Shown: piece after piece, positions 51,405 to 62,494 of the stretch | Numbering within the stretch: the stretch's first letter is position 1 | How the letters are laid out: each line of letters begins with the position of its first letter | Source: Cyanophyceae cyanobacterium | GTDB lineage: Bacteria; Cyanobacteriota; Cyanobacteriia; Cyanobacteriales; Laspinemataceae | Assembly (NCBI GenBank): GCA_038321985.1 | Contig: JBBQFN010000002.1 | Coordinates: 224,001 to 288,000, forward strand | Length of the DNA: 64,000 nucleotides | Direction: 5' to 3' | Position numbers and translations under genes: made by a program | Notes under the pieces: model-generated | Told to the model about the DNA's origin: nothing | Seen by the model: the letters and a program-made list of their open reading frames with translations, nothing else | Database searches by the model: none

Positions 51405-52325
51405 ATGGCGAACTCAGTCGTTGATCGAAATCCAGCGATCGCACCCACTGACTCCCAACCTCGGGATCGGATTCGTCGCTTGGTCTGGAAAATCGCGATC
51501 GCGACCCTGCTATTAATGGCAGTTGGAAGTGCAACAAGGGTGATGAATGCGGGTCTGGCTTGTCCAGATTGGCCGCTCTGTTACGGTAAATTAGTTCCCA
51601 CCCAACAGATGAATTTTCAGGTGTTCCTGGAATGGTTTCACCGCTTAGATGCCGGGTTAATCGGGATTAGCGCGATCGCCTTGACGGGTTTATCCTGGTG
51701 GGGTCGGCAGGAACTTCCCGGTTGGCTACCCCTTGCTTCCACCGGAGCCCTAGGTTTAATCCTCTTTCAAGGGGTATTAGGCGGACTTACCGTCACCGAA
51801 CTGCTCCGATTTGACATTGTAACCGCGCACCTGGGAACCGCCCTGTTATTTTTTATCACCCTTTTAACTATTGGGATGGCACTGTTACCCTACCAAGGGA
51901 CAGGCAGTGTGGGTAAATTACCCTGGATTGGACTGCTAGGGGCAATTTTTGTGTACGTCCAAAGTTTACTAGGGGGATTGGTCGGTTCCCAATGGGCGCT
52001 CCACCAGTGTTTCGGCTACAATCAGCTATGCACGGTGATGAACAGTCACATTTTTGGGGTTGTTCCCCCCACCGTAACTATCCTCGCCTTAGTTGTCTTG
52101 GCGTGGCGAACTCCAGCATTGCATCCTAAATTACGACAACTCGCAAGGTGGGCCGGGATGTTGTTACTCTTGCAAATTGGATTGGGTATTGCTACCTTTT
52201 ACGAACGCCTGCAAGTGGAACTCCTGACGGTTTCTCACCAAGCAACGGGTGCAGCCTTACTCGGAACCCTGGTAGCGTTTACTGTATTAGCACTGCGCGA
52301 TCGCGCCGGAAGCGTTCGGGTTTGA
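51405..52325 (+). CDS. ctaA: Heme A synthase (COX15/CtaA)
   Basis: GLACPDWPLC, EWFHR, VTAHLG; divergent from ctaC. Confidence 0.95.
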   Translation: MANSVVDRNPAIAPTDSQPRDRIRRLVWKIAIATLLLMAVGSATRVMNAGLACPDWPLCYGKLVPTQQMNFQVFLEWFHRLDAGLIGISAIALTGLSWWGRQELPGWLPLASTGALGLILFQGVLGGLTVTELLRFDIVTAHLGTALLFFITLLTIGMALLPYQGTGSVGKLPWIGLLGAIFVYVQSLLGGLVGSQWALHQCFGYNQLCTVMNSHIFGVVPPTVTILALVVLAWRTPALHPKLRQLARWAGMLLLLQIGLGIATFYERLQVELLTVSHQATGAALLGTLVAFTVLALRDRAGSVRV

Positions 52326-52399
52326 AATTTCCATCGTCTACTGTATTTCGATGCAATTGCCCAGCCTCTTGACTGCTGAAAGGAAACAAAACATTTATC

Positions 52400-53380
52400 A
52401 TGCAAGAAATCATATCGACTGGTACGCAACGGCATCATGAAACCCTGTTGCAAGTGCTAAAAAGTTACTACCAGTTAACCAAACCTCGAATTATTCTGTT
52501 GCTGCTGATTACGACCGCCTCCGGACTATGGGTAGCGGCCAATGGTGAAGTTGACCCCCTCCTCGTTCTGGTGACAATGGCTGGAGGTGCTCTAGCGGCA
52601 GCGTCGGCGAATACCATTAACTGTTTGTACGATCGCGATATCGATTACATCATGGAACGCACCCGCCATCGCCCCCTACCCTCGGGTCGCGTTCAACCTC
52701 GGGATGCCCTGATTTTTGCGATCGCCTTAGGTGTCACTTCGTTTACCCTTCTCACGGTGTACGCCAACTTACTGGCAGCACTCCTGGCCATGTCGGGGAT
52801 TGTCTTCTACGTCGCCATTTATACCCATTTACTCAAGCGTCATAGTACCCAAAATATAGTCATCGGAGGTGCAGCAGGCGCGATTCCACCCCTAGTGGGT
52901 TGGGCCGCTGTCACCGGGGATCTCAGTTGGTCACCTTGGGTGATGTTCACTATCATTTTTCTGTGGACTCCGCCCCATTTCTGGGCATTGGCAATGATGA
53001 TTCGCGATGACTATGCGGCAGTCAATGTGCCAATGCTGCCGGTGATTAAGGGAGATGAAGAAACAGCCCGTCAAATCTGGTATTATACTCTGTTGCTTTT
53101 ACCCCTAAGCTTAGCCCTGACTTATCCTTTACATACCAGCGGGGTTCTGTATGCAGCAATGGCGGTTTTACTGGGTAGCGTGTTTGCCAAGAAAGCCTGG
53201 GAATTGTTGCAAGCCCCATCAGACCGAGATAAGGCGCGATCGCTATTTAAATACTCGATTTTGTATCTGATGTTATTATCTGCCGGAATGGTGGTAGATA
53301 GTTTGCCCGTAACCCATCAGATGACCACTGCGATCGCTCAAAATGTCCAAGTTTTAATCAGTGCAACTGGGGTGATGTAA
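52400..53380 (+). CDS. ctaB: Heme O synthase (protoheme IX farnesyltransferase)
   Basis: [44 protein letters not shown]. Confidence 0.96.
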   Translation: MQEIISTGTQRHHETLLQVLKSYYQLTKPRIILLLLITTASGLWVAANGEVDPLLVLVTMAGGALAAASANTINCLYDRDIDYIMERTRHRPLPSGRVQPRDALIFAIALGVTSFTLLTVYANLLAALLAMSGIVFYVAIYTHLLKRHSTQNIVIGGAAGAIPPLVGWAAVTGDLSWSPWVMFTIIFLWTPPHFWALAMMIRDDYAAVNVPMLPVIKGDEETARQIWYYTLLLLPLSLALTYPLHTSGVLYAAMAVLLGSVFAKKAWELLQAPSDRDKARSLFKYSILYLMLLSAGMVVDSLPVTHQMTTAIAQNVQVLISATGVM

Positions 53381-53635
53381 TCCAGATATGACTCAGATAA
53401 ATCTCTGAGTTAATCCGGAATAAAACTAACCCAAACGGGTTGGTAAACCACAGCTATTGTGGGATGGGGTGGGCCAATTGCCTGCCCCTAATTTTTTAGG
53501 GATTTTCAGGGAGTGATACCCAATTTGGTTTTAAAATGTCTATAAAAAGCCGTACCCTTTAGGGTGTCGGGTTTATTCGGGCAACCCCCAGTAAAAATGT
53601 TACAGTGAACAGAGATTAACATTCCAGGAGGTAAG

Positions 53636-54190
53636 GTGGAAGTCAAAGTTAAGCTGACCCTAGAAGAATTTTTCGCTTTACCCGAAGGCGATATTACCTA
53701 CGAACTGGTTGATGGAGAAGCTAAACCCAAAATATCACCGAAACGATTTCATTCCAAATTAACGGGTATCCTATTTCTACTACTGAACCAATGGAATCAG
53801 GACCGAGGGGAGGTGGGGATTGAGTGGGCGATGGTGCTCAAACGGAAGGGCCAAGATTGGGTCCCGATTCCTGATTTGCTGTATATCTCCGGCGATCGCC
53901 TCTCTCGCGATCGCATCTTGGATGAACCTTGTCCCGTTCCTCCCGAATTAGCCATTGAAATTATTTCAACGGACCAAAGTTTTGGCGAAATTAGTGGCAA
54001 AGCAATCGATTACTTAAATGCAGGGGTTTCTCGCGTCTGGGTTATCGATTCTAAAGTCAAAACTTTGACTATTTTCTATCCCGATTCTCCCCCCCAGACA
54101 AAAAGTGGTGATGAAGTTATTACGGATGAATTATTGCCCGGATTAGAATTCACTCCTTCCCAGATTTTCAGTGAAGCTAGAATTCCCTAA
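53636..54190 (+). CDS. Uma2 family putative endonuclease
   Basis: LTLEEF, YELVDG, IPDLLYIS, PELAIEIIS, YLNAGVSRVWVID. Confidence 0.9.
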   Translation: MEVKVKLTLEEFFALPEGDITYELVDGEAKPKISPKRFHSKLTGILFLLLNQWNQDRGEVGIEWAMVLKRKGQDWVPIPDLLYISGDRLSRDRILDEPCPVPPELAIEIISTDQSFGEISGKAIDYLNAGVSRVWVIDSKVKTLTIFYPDSPPQTKSGDEVITDELLPGLEFTPSQIFSEARIP

Positions 54191-54480
54191 ATAGCTTAGA
54201 GCAAAACGAAAAGAAACCGGGTTTCTAACCCTCATGAGTTGCTAATTGACCGAAATTTTATAAAAAACCGGGTTGTCTTCACTCTACGGGCGATCGCACT
54301 CAGTCTATGCAGGCAATGTTCATCCCAATATTTAAGCCCTGCACAGCTAACCCCTGATGCACAGCGATGCTCCTATACGAAAGTCCCTGTTCTGAGATTC
54401 CCACTTCCGACTTACCACAAACCGTCTAAAATAAAATTAAAGAGTATGTAGATTTGTATCAAGTTCGGATTAAGAAACTC

Positions 54481-55500
54481 ATGGCCCCTGCTGTTTTAAT
54501 CGAAAATCTCCAAAAGCGTTACGGAACCGTCGAAGCGGTTAAAGACGTATCGTTCCAAATCGAGCCGGGTGAAATCTTCGGGCTTCTGGGACCCAATGGT
54601 GCCGGCAAAACTACTGTGATTCGCTGTTTATGTAGCCTTGTCACTCCCGATGCGGGTCGTCTTGAGGTTTCGGGCATCGACGTCGTAGCAAATCCCAAAT
54701 TAGCCCGAGGGCGTCTGGGTTATGTCGCCCAGGAAGTGGCTTTAGATAAGGTCCTGACGGGTCGGGAACTCCTGGAATTGCAAGCGGCATTATATCATAT
54801 TCCCAAGTTTTTGGCAAGAGAGAGAATTGAGACGATACTAGCCCTATTAGGATTGGATGAATGGGCGGATCGCCAAACGGGCAAATATTCCGGGGGCCTT
54901 AAGAAGCGTCTGGATTTAGCGGCAGGATTGCTACATCAACCCGATGTTTTAGTTTTGGATGAACCTACTGTTGGGTTAGATATTGAAACTCGGATGGCGG
55001 TATGGGGGTTTCTACGGCAGTTGCGCGACAATGGAACGACGGTGTTGATTACCAGCCATTATCTGGAAGAAATTGATGCCCTTGCCGATCGCGTAGCAAT
55101 TATCGATCGCGGCAAAGTGATTGATACCGGAACCCCTTCTGCTTTAAAAGATAAAGTTGGAGGCGATCGCATTACCCTGCGGATTCGGGAATTCTCTCCG
55201 ATGGAAGAGGCGCAACAAGCCAAATCTTTGCTTGAACCCCTGCCTTTTGTTGAAGAAATTATCATCAACAATGCTCAAGGGAATTCCCTGAATTTGGTGG
55301 TGAAATCCCAAAGTGATGCTCTATTAACTATCCAACAAGCCTTACGGGATGCTGGTTTACCCACCTTCGGAATTGCCCAATCTCGACCTAGTTTAGATGA
55401 TGTTTATTTGACTGCAACGGGTCGAACCCTGTTAGATGCAGAAATCGCGGCGGCTGGAACTCGTGACCCGAAAAAGGAACGGAAGCAGAATATGCGCTAA
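54481..55500 (+). CDS. ABC-2 (DrrA-like) transporter ATP-binding protein
   Basis: GPNGAGKTT, YSGG, LDEPTVGLD, SHYLEE. ATG at 54481 chosen as start. Confidence 0.95.
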   Translation: MAPAVLIENLQKRYGTVEAVKDVSFQIEPGEIFGLLGPNGAGKTTVIRCLCSLVTPDAGRLEVSGIDVVANPKLARGRLGYVAQEVALDKVLTGRELLELQAALYHIPKFLARERIETILALLGLDEWADRQTGKYSGGLKKRLDLAAGLLHQPDVLVLDEPTVGLDIETRMAVWGFLRQLRDNGTTVLITSHYLEEIDALADRVAIIDRGKVIDTGTPSALKDKVGGDRITLRIREFSPMEEAQQAKSLLEPLPFVEEIIINNAQGNSLNLVVKSQSDALLTIQQALRDAGLPTFGIAQSRPSLDDVYLTATGRTLLDAEIAAAGTRDPKKERKQNMR

Positions 55501-55566
55501 CAGCTTCCACCCTTGGTGCTCGACCCTTCTAATTCAACTGCAAAAAATACCATAAACAACCTGATT

Positions 55567-56448
55567 ATGAGTCAAACTGTTACGCCTATCCCTGCTAAAA
55601 CCCTAACCGCCCCAGCGGGGGATACCCGTCTAAGCAACCCCATCGGGGAATTTACCCAGGAAACTTTGGCCCTGACCAAACGGCTATTTATTCAATTAAA
55701 ACGCCGTCCTTCTAGCTTAATTGCAGGCATCATTCAGCCCTTAATGTGGTTGATTTTATTCGGGGCTTTATTTCAAAATGCTCCCCCAGGAATGTTTGGA
55801 GAAAGCATTAATTACGCCCAATTTTTAGGGGCGGGGGTGATTGTGTTTACCGCCTTTTCCGGGGCGCTAAATGCGGGACTCCCGATTATGTTCGATCGCG
55901 AATTTGGCTTTCTGAATCGCCTACTGGTAGCACCCCTATCCAGTCGGTTTTCAATTGTCGTGGCTTCAGCGATTTATATTTTGCTGTTAAGCTTAATTCA
56001 AACTGCGGTGATTGTAACTGCCGGGGCCTTTATGGGCGCTGGATTACCGGGGGGATTGGGATTGGGGGCGATCGCCTTTATTACCCTGCTGCTGGTTTTA
56101 GGCGTCACCGGATTGAGTCTGGGATTAGCCTTTGCCTTACCGGGACATATCGAACTGTTGGCGGTGATTTTTGTGATTAACTTGCCGTTACTGTTTGCGA
56201 GTACGGCGTTAGCGCCCCTTTCCTTTATGCCGAAGTGGTTGCAAATTGTTGCCACCTTAAATCCCCTGAGTTATGCGATCGAACCGATTCGGTATCTTTA
56301 CCTGCATTCTGACTGGACCCTAAGCAGTATCGTCATGCAAGCCCCTTGGGGAGAGGTCAGCTTTGGCGGTGCCTTGGGGATACTTGCCGGATTTGCAGCA
56401 TTGGCATTATTAAGCATTCAACCCTTACTCCGGAGAACTTTTGCTTAG
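55567..56448 (+). CDS. ABC-2 transporter permease
   Basis: Six TM segments, FDREFGFLNRLLVAP, LNPLSYAIE. ATG at 55567 chosen as start. Confidence 0.93.
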   Translation: MSQTVTPIPAKTLTAPAGDTRLSNPIGEFTQETLALTKRLFIQLKRRPSSLIAGIIQPLMWLILFGALFQNAPPGMFGESINYAQFLGAGVIVFTAFSGALNAGLPIMFDREFGFLNRLLVAPLSSRFSIVVASAIYILLLSLIQTAVIVTAGAFMGAGLPGGLGLGAIAFITLLLVLGVTGLSLGLAFALPGHIELLAVIFVINLPLLFASTALAPLSFMPKWLQIVATLNPLSYAIEPIRYLYLHSDWTLSSIVMQAPWGEVSFGGALGILAGFAALALLSIQPLLRRTFA

Positions 56449-56488
56449 TAGAATGGTCGGTATTATCAATGGTTCACCTAACAAACCT

Positions 56489-56866
56489 ATGAAATCGAAG
56501 TTTACCTTTAACACAACGGCTCGAATTTCACTCGGAACCCTGGCAGCGATCGCCATGACAGCCGTAATATTACCCAAGTCTGCGCTAGCAGAAGAAAAGA
56601 ACCGCGCCAGTGATTTACTAGAACCGCAACAACTCCAGCTGGAACGGGCTCCGTTTAACTCGACAACGGGAGAAGGGGAGTCTCTGGATGTTTTTGATCT
56701 AATTCATCGCGCCCAATTCGGGACGACTCGGAGTATGAAGGAATTCAATCTCCAGCAGCAGCAAAGCATCAATGATGCAGCAGCGGATTTCCGTTCCAGA
56801 CAATTGGAAATGCTGTATGATCAGCAACCGGAAATTTCTGGAGAAGAAGCCCTACCTAACCCCTAG
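56489..56866 (+). CDS. Conserved hypothetical exported protein
   Basis: Signal peptide ending ALA, then DVFDLIHRA...QQQSINDAAADFR. Start uncertain. Confidence 0.65.
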   Translation: MKSKFTFNTTARISLGTLAAIAMTAVILPKSALAEEKNRASDLLEPQQLQLERAPFNSTTGEGESLDVFDLIHRAQFGTTRSMKEFNLQQQQSINDAAADFRSRQLEMLYDQQPEISGEEALPNP

Positions 56867-56912
56867 TTACCTCCCGAGGGTAGTCGTTAACTGAGTTCAG
56901 TTTAGGAATAAG

Positions 56913-56952
56913 CAATAAACGCTGATGGAATCCGTTCCATCGGCGTTTATTG
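56913..56952. terminator. Bidirectional hairpin terminator
   Basis: CAATAAACGCTGATGGAA-tccg-TTCCATCGGCGTTTATTG between convergent genes. Confidence 0.75.
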
Positions 56953-57017
56953 TGATCTGGACTGACCCATAAACCCCTATCCCTCCCTCATGAAGGCAAT
57001 TTATCCCTTATCCCTAC

Positions 57018-57953
57018 CTATACGATTGGAGGGGGGGTAAGTGCGACTTCTAAACGGTTGGCTAAATCAATAATGTCATCTTTTCTAGGAATTTCATCGA
57101 CCCAATGGCGAGGAATCGACTCCAATCCATATTCAATTCCAGCCAAACCGCCCGCAACCGCTGCAGTAGTATCGGTATCATCACCCAAATTAACTGCGGT
57201 TAATACCGCTTCGGCATAAGAAGATGTATTTAACCAGGACCACAATGCAGCCTCTAGGGTATGAACAACATAGCCACTGGACTTAATTTCATCCATCGGA
57301 TAATCGGCAATTTTACCCCTCAATACCCGGTTAAAATGAGAAATTTCCCTGGAATAGGCGGGGTTTTCATAAATTCCTTTAACTTTTTCGATTCCTTGTA
57401 AATACGCCGATTGGCGATCGCATCCTGTCAACAATTGGGTCGCAATACTCACATAAATCCCACAAGCCATTTGTGCGCGAGGATGAGCGTGAGTAATACA
57501 AGATACTTCATGCGCCCGCTGAATTAGATCTGCAAACTCTAACGTTTGATGATAAAATGCCAGGGGTAAAATTCGCATCAATGAGCCATTTCCATTACTC
57601 CGTTCTGAGCAACCCCCAGCCTGAACCGGGGGAATGCCTCTTTTGAGACGATCAATTGCCGCAAGCGTCGTCATTCCCATATCAAACGCATGACCATGGG
57701 GTGTCCAAAACCCCTCCTCAAGCCACTTGATAAAAGCATCCGCGATCGCTTCTAGGGAAAATCCGCCACACATTGACTCAGCTAAACAAAAAGTCAGAGA
57801 ACTATCATCTGACCACAGAGAATAAGGACTCATTCCTGTTACTGGATCGTCTACTCGTACCTCTCGGCTAATAAATTGTACGGGAAAGCCAAGTGCATCA
57901 CCAATGCAGACACCCATTAACCCTGATAACACCGGGGAACTCGACTCTAACAT
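57018..57953 (-). CDS. ADP-ribosylglycohydrolase (DraG/ARH family)
   Basis: GDALG, WSDDSS, GNGSLMR, ITHAH, NLGDDTDTTAAVAG. Confidence 0.95.
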   Translation of the reverse strand: MLESSSPVLSGLMGVCIGDALGFPVQFISREVRVDDPVTGMSPYSLWSDDSSLTFCLAESMCGGFSLEAIADAFIKWLEEGFWTPHGHAFDMGMTTLAAIDRLKRGIPPVQAGGCSERSNGNGSLMRILPLAFYHQTLEFADLIQRAHEVSCITHAHPRAQMACGIYVSIATQLLTGCDRQSAYLQGIEKVKGIYENPAYSREISHFNRVLRGKIADYPMDEIKSSGYVVHTLEAALWSWLNTSSYAEAVLTAVNLGDDTDTTAAVAGGLAGIEYGLESIPRHWVDEIPRKDDIIDLANRLEVALTPPPIV

Positions 57954-58021
57954 CAGCTTAAACTTTCAATAGTTATACTCCCCAAATTTATATCATAACT
58001 ATGGGAACGTCGATAGTAGGA

Positions 58022-58050
58022 GTAAGGACAAGGCAGTGCCATGTCCCTAC
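58022..58050. repeat. GTAG-type REP-like palindrome
   Basis: GTAAGGACAAGGCA-g-TGCCATGTCCCTAC. Confidence 0.6.
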
Positions 58051-58102
58051 AGTTCAATGCAGAACTTTTTTTAAGGCAATCCCTTATAAAAGTGAGAATT
58101 AA

Positions 58103-59191
58103 TTAAGCCGATCGCACTTGCGCCAAGACTAAGCCAAACCAATGATTCGGGTCCGTCCAAGTCTGGATTGGGGTCAAGCCTTTTTGTTGTAAATACTGCC
58201 CTATTTGGATTAAATCAAATTTCCGGGAAATTTCGGTGAGGATGGTTTCATCCGGTTCAAATTCAACGGTTAAATTCAAGGCCCCCAATTGCACGGTTTG
58301 CGATCGCCGACTTCGCAAGTGCATTTCAATTTGATGTTCTTTTTCGTTATAAAACGCCCGATGCTCAAATTGCCCAGGCTTAAAATTTCCATCAAATCGT
58401 TCATTCAAATGATGCAGAATATTTTGATTAAATTCTGCAGTTATCCCTTGCACATCGTTATAAGCAGGCTCTAAAATTGCCGGAGATTTATGCAGGTCAA
58501 TTCCTAAGAGGAAATATTCTCCGACTTCTAATGCCTGAACAATATCGGCAAAAAAGCGATCGCATTCTTCGGGAGTCAAATTTCCCAAGGTACTGCCTAA
58601 AAAGCACAGGGTGCGGGTAGGCAAAAGGGCGGGACGCAAGTTAGCCAGGGCTAATTCGTAGGTGCTAACTAAACCATGAACCTGCAATGATGGATAATCT
58701 AAAAGTAACTGGGTAGCGCTACTTTCTAAAATTCCCCCACTGACATCAATCGGCAGATAGCGCAGGGGATATCCTTGATTCTTGTAGGCATCTAAGAGAA
58801 TTCGAGTTTTGGTGGAACTGCCACTGCCAAGTTCTACGATTTCGCTTGACCCCGTAATTTGGGCAATTTCTGCTGAACAATTACGCAAAATTGCCGCTTC
58901 AGTACGAGTCGGGTAATATTCGGGTAATTCGCAGATTTTCTCGAATAGATCAGAACCGCGATCATTATAAAAATAGCGGGGGGAAAGCGTTTTTTGCGTC
59001 TGAGTTAACCCCTGGATTACATCAGAACCGTTATCGATTTCTGTGGAAGAAAGAGTGGGGCTGATTAATCGTTCTAGCTGCAAGCGTTCAGATAGAATAG
59101 CAGGCTTAAAGTCAACACGGGTGGTTAACTCTGGGGTATCAGACGGTTTGGCAAATTTCATCCGTATTTTTTGGGGTGGAGGCATCAACAA
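58103..59191 (-). CDS. egtD: L-histidine N-alpha-methyltransferase
   Basis: YFYNDRGSDLFEKICELPEYYPTRTE, ELGSGSSTKT, FLGSTLGN, TEISRKF. Confidence 0.95.
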   Translation of the reverse strand: MLMPPPQKIRMKFAKPSDTPELTTRVDFKPAILSERLQLERLISPTLSSTEIDNGSDVIQGLTQTQKTLSPRYFYNDRGSDLFEKICELPEYYPTRTEAAILRNCSAEIAQITGSSEIVELGSGSSTKTRILLDAYKNQGYPLRYLPIDVSGGILESSATQLLLDYPSLQVHGLVSTYELALANLRPALLPTRTLCFLGSTLGNLTPEECDRFFADIVQALEVGEYFLLGIDLHKSPAILEPAYNDVQGITAEFNQNILHHLNERFDGNFKPGQFEHRAFYNEKEHQIEMHLRSRRSQTVQLGALNLTVEFEPDETILTEISRKFDLIQIGQYLQQKGLTPIQTWTDPNHWFGLVLAQVRSA

Positions 59192-59368
59192 ATTCGGCTC
59201 CCAGTTCTATCAGTTATCTCATTGCTTATGAGACTGATAGAATCGTAGTCGCCATTTTCATATTGTCTCATTGTCTGGGAAGAGCTGGGAAAAAAGTTCC
59301 TGCTTTAGGAATAAATTAACTTACTAATCGTGAACTCTAATTAATCGGATAGGTTTACATAAATCCAA

Positions 59369-60649
59369 TTAATCACTTTCTCCCGCACAGCGAAATCCTG
59401 CTAAAATTTGTCGCATCCAAGGATGATACCAATTGCGGAAACTCCCCCGCATCGCCCAAGGACGAGTCGCCCAACTGCTGCCACGTAAGACTCGATGCTG
59501 GTGGTCAAAATAGGTTTGGGAGTATCCGGGGTAGGGAAAGTGCTTAAATCCGGGATAAGGGGCAAACCAGCTAGAGGTCCATTCCCAGACATTTCCCATC
59601 ATGTCATAACATCCGTAGGCGCTAGCACCTCGGGGGTAAGCATCAACCGGGGTGGTTTGTGCTTGTTGGTTATCGTGATTGCAGCGATCGCCCGTGGGAA
59701 ATTCATCTCCCCAAGGATAGATGTGCTTTGTCTGGGTTGCGGCATTCCAACAGGCGGCTTTTTCCCATTCTGCTTCCGTGGGGAGTCGTTTTCCTACAAA
59801 TCGTGCATAGGCTGCGGCTTCGTAATAACTAACGCCACAGACAGGATGATGATTAAAGGCGGCTTCATCCCGCCAATAGAGAGGCTGAGTCAGTTGTGCC
59901 GTTTGCACCCAGTCCCATCCCGCATTACACCACAAATTGGGATTATTATATCCTCCGGCTTGTATAAAATGTCGGTACTGTCCGCAAGTGACGGGATACC
60001 GATCAATTTTGTACCCAGGGAGGTACACAGAGTGGGGTAACTGTTCGTTATCGAGGGCGTCTAGAGAATCGGTTCCTAATAGGAATTCTCCGCCAGGAAT
60101 GGTGACTGCCTCATGCTCAAGTTCGGGAAAGGCGGCGATCGCCCGTGTGGGTATTCCCACCGCAGATTTCTGCAATTGCAAAACAAAGGCGATGGTTTCT
60201 GTATGTTGACTTTCATGCTGAAGGATAAACTGCCAAATTCGCTGTTGTTCGGCAATATCAGCGGTTTCTAAATACTCGAAAACTTGCGATCGAATCCCCT
60301 GTAGATAATCCAGAATTTCCGGCAACGGAGGTAACTTGACTCGGTGATGTTTCGGCAATCCATCCTGTGCCAGGAGTTTCCGATATTGGGGAAATAAGGG
60401 CGAGATTCCCGCCCCCCGTTCCAGCAACCATAACCCTTCTGTAAACCCAATATGACCTAAGTGCCAACCTACGGGACTAAAATCGGGATGGACTTGACAG
60501 CGGAATGTCTCATTATCCATCGTTTCAAACAGTTTAAGAGTGCCGAGGCGACACTGATCCATTGCGTGGCGGATTGCCTCCCTGACAACCGCGCGATCAC
60601 TGTCAGTTTTAGAGGCAATCCTATTAAATTTGATGGATATTGATGTCAA
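59369..60649 (-). CDS. egtB: Ergothioneine biosynthesis sulfoxide synthase (DinB plus FGE domains)
   Basis: FSPVGWHLGH, QHESQHTET iron ligands, FGE domain, FRNWY; lies between egtC and egtD. Confidence 0.92.
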   Translation of the reverse strand: MTSISIKFNRIASKTDSDRAVVREAIRHAMDQCRLGTLKLFETMDNETFRCQVHPDFSPVGWHLGHIGFTEGLWLLERGAGISPLFPQYRKLLAQDGLPKHHRVKLPPLPEILDYLQGIRSQVFEYLETADIAEQQRIWQFILQHESQHTETIAFVLQLQKSAVGIPTRAIAAFPELEHEAVTIPGGEFLLGTDSLDALDNEQLPHSVYLPGYKIDRYPVTCGQYRHFIQAGGYNNPNLWCNAGWDWVQTAQLTQPLYWRDEAAFNHHPVCGVSYYEAAAYARFVGKRLPTEAEWEKAACWNAATQTKHIYPWGDEFPTGDRCNHDNQQAQTTPVDAYPRGASAYGCYDMMGNVWEWTSSWFAPYPGFKHFPYPGYSQTYFDHQHRVLRGSSWATRPWAMRGSFRNWYHPWMRQILAGFRCAGESD

Positions 60650-61415
60650 GGTTCTCCCCCACCGTAATCATACTTTGTTCAGGACATTGATTCCAGTCCC
60701 CCTCGAACAATGGTTCTGAAGCAATCATCACCGAGTCAGGAAAATTCAAATCATCCCGCAACCAGTAGAGAGAGGGTGCGGTATCTTGAGTAGCAAACCG
60801 GGAGGCAACTAATTGATGTCCGTCCGTGATGATAAAATTCGCCGAAACTTTCACCTCATCGGGTTGGGCGAGTTCAGTTAAAATAGTTAAGGTCCTGTGC
60901 AGTGCCGAAGTGAGGTTGGGATTCTCCGCTGATGCCTCTAAAATGGATAGAAATAAGGCAAAAATATGCTCCGTGTCCGTAGTTCCTTCGATTCCCTGGT
61001 AAATATCATCCCCTAGCTTGTTGCGAATTGGACGATATAAGGTTTGGCGGAAATTTTCGATTAATCCATTGTGAACCGCCATGATGCGGCGATCGCCAAA
61101 GGGTGGACAATTGCTCAACGTGACCTCCTGTCCTCCTGTAGCACTGCGGACACATCCTAAAAACGTTCCGGTTTCAATGTAACGACTCAGAGGTGGCAGG
61201 TTCGTATCATTCCAAATCGGCAGCAAATTTTTGTAGGTAAAGGGGTAAACGTCCTGGTGCGGATGATACCACCCAATCCCAAACCCATCGGCGTTGACGA
61301 CTCCAGAGGTCATCTCTCGGGGTTGATAGCTTTGCGCCACTAGAGAGTGCTCGGGTTTCAGGAGGATGCGATCCAGTTGAATTGGGCGGCCCAAATAGGC
61401 AAGTAAACGACACAT
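60624..61415 (-). CDS. egtC: Ergothioneine biosynthesis amidohydrolase (Ntn fold)
   Basis: Real start MCRLLAY (nucleophilic Cys2) at 61415; NADGFGIGW, HNG, GTTDTEH. Confidence 0.93.
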   Translation of the reverse strand: MCRLLAYLGRPIQLDRILLKPEHSLVAQSYQPREMTSGVVNADGFGIGWYHPHQDVYPFTYKNLLPIWNDTNLPPLSRYIETGTFLGCVRSATGGQEVTLSNCPPFGDRRIMAVHNGLIENFRQTLYRPIRNKLGDDIYQGIEGTTDTEHIFALFLSILEASAENPNLTSALHRTLTILTELAQPDEVKVSANFIITDGHQLVASRFATQDTAPSLYWLRDDLNFPDSVMIASEPLFEGDWNQCPEQSMITVGENLDINIHQI

Positions 61416-61527
61416 AGTAAATTTTTTATGTAACTCTGTAAAATTATAGAACAAATTCACTGGGGAGGATAAAACAGGGGTCCTCCGAGTAAAAATCCTT
61501 CTAAAGACGTATAACGGGCTGAGGTAA

Positions 61528-62193
61528 ATGAAGTATATTGTTTTGTTCGTAATTTTGGGAACCGGACTGCTCACCGTAGGAGAGCAGCTAGGGGGGTGGG
61601 GATGGTTATTAGCGTGGTTAGGCGTCGATTTTCTAATTGTGGCAGCCGCTTATTTGAAGCTGGGCTATAAAATTTTTGGCAAACGCTCAACCGATGGTCA
61701 ACTGGCCGTCTCCTCGGTCGTTCTCCTCTTGCCCTACCTATTATTTTGTTGGGGATTTTGGCATTTACAACGCCGGTTTTTAAAGGAGGACTGTTATAAT
61801 TATATTGCCCCCGGTTTGTGGATGGGAAGACGCGCCTTTGGGGAAGAATTACCGGCGGATATTAGTTTATTGGTAGATTTAACCGCAGAGTTTCCGGAAC
61901 CCAAAGGGGCGATCGCCGGAAAAGAATATCTTTGTTTACCAACCTTAGACGCTCATGTTCCGGATCAGGAAGAATTCCGAAACTTAGTTCAAAAAATTGC
62001 TGATTGGCCGGGAAATGTTTATATCCACTGTGCGATCGGACATGGGCGATCGGCGACGGTAGCCGCAGCGGTTTTAATGGCGCGAGGATTGGCAAAAAAT
62101 GCCCAGGAAGCAGAAGCAATGTTAAAAAAAGCTAGACCCTGGATTAAGTTAAATCATGCCCAGCGACATTTGTTAGAAAGCCTGGTGTTCTAA
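61528..62193 (+). CDS. Membrane-anchored dual-specificity phosphatase family protein
   Basis: N-terminal TM segments and the CX5R loop HCAIGHGRS. Confidence 0.9.
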   Translation: MKYIVLFVILGTGLLTVGEQLGGWGWLLAWLGVDFLIVAAAYLKLGYKIFGKRSTDGQLAVSSVVLLLPYLLFCWGFWHLQRRFLKEDCYNYIAPGLWMGRRAFGEELPADISLLVDLTAEFPEPKGAIAGKEYLCLPTLDAHVPDQEEFRNLVQKIADWPGNVYIHCAIGHGRSATVAAAVLMARGLAKNAQEAEAMLKKARPWIKLNHAQRHLLESLVF

Positions 62194-62494
62194 TTGAATA
62201 ATAAATAAAAATAAGATTTAGGGATCTGTCTAACCTAAAAATCAGGGGGTTGATCCACGGGTTAACTTTCTGATACACCCTCTCTAAGTAAATAAACTGC
62301 GAGAGGTTAAAATTTCCTTTCTGTAAAAGCTCCCCTTGATTCCTCTCTACCGGATTTTAATCCCCGTCCGGGGTTAAACGGGAGAGGCAATTAAATAAGG
62401 AGAAACTCTATTTTATAAATAAATCCCCCGATGGAGATTTAATCGATTTGAAATCAATTATTTCAGGCTCATTTAAATATTGTTAAACTTTTAG

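Noticed and set aside
59369..59520. EgtB FGE domain as a second DGR target
   Set aside because: Same fold, but the C-terminus is the conserved EgtB sequence (FRNWY). I saw no extended NNC run, IMH tract or hairpin, and it sits in the egt operon.
61416..61574. N-terminal extension of egtC in the ORF track
   Set aside because: Ntn hydrolases need Cys at position 2, so the real start is MCRLL at 61415. The extension also overlaps the divergent phosphatase gene.
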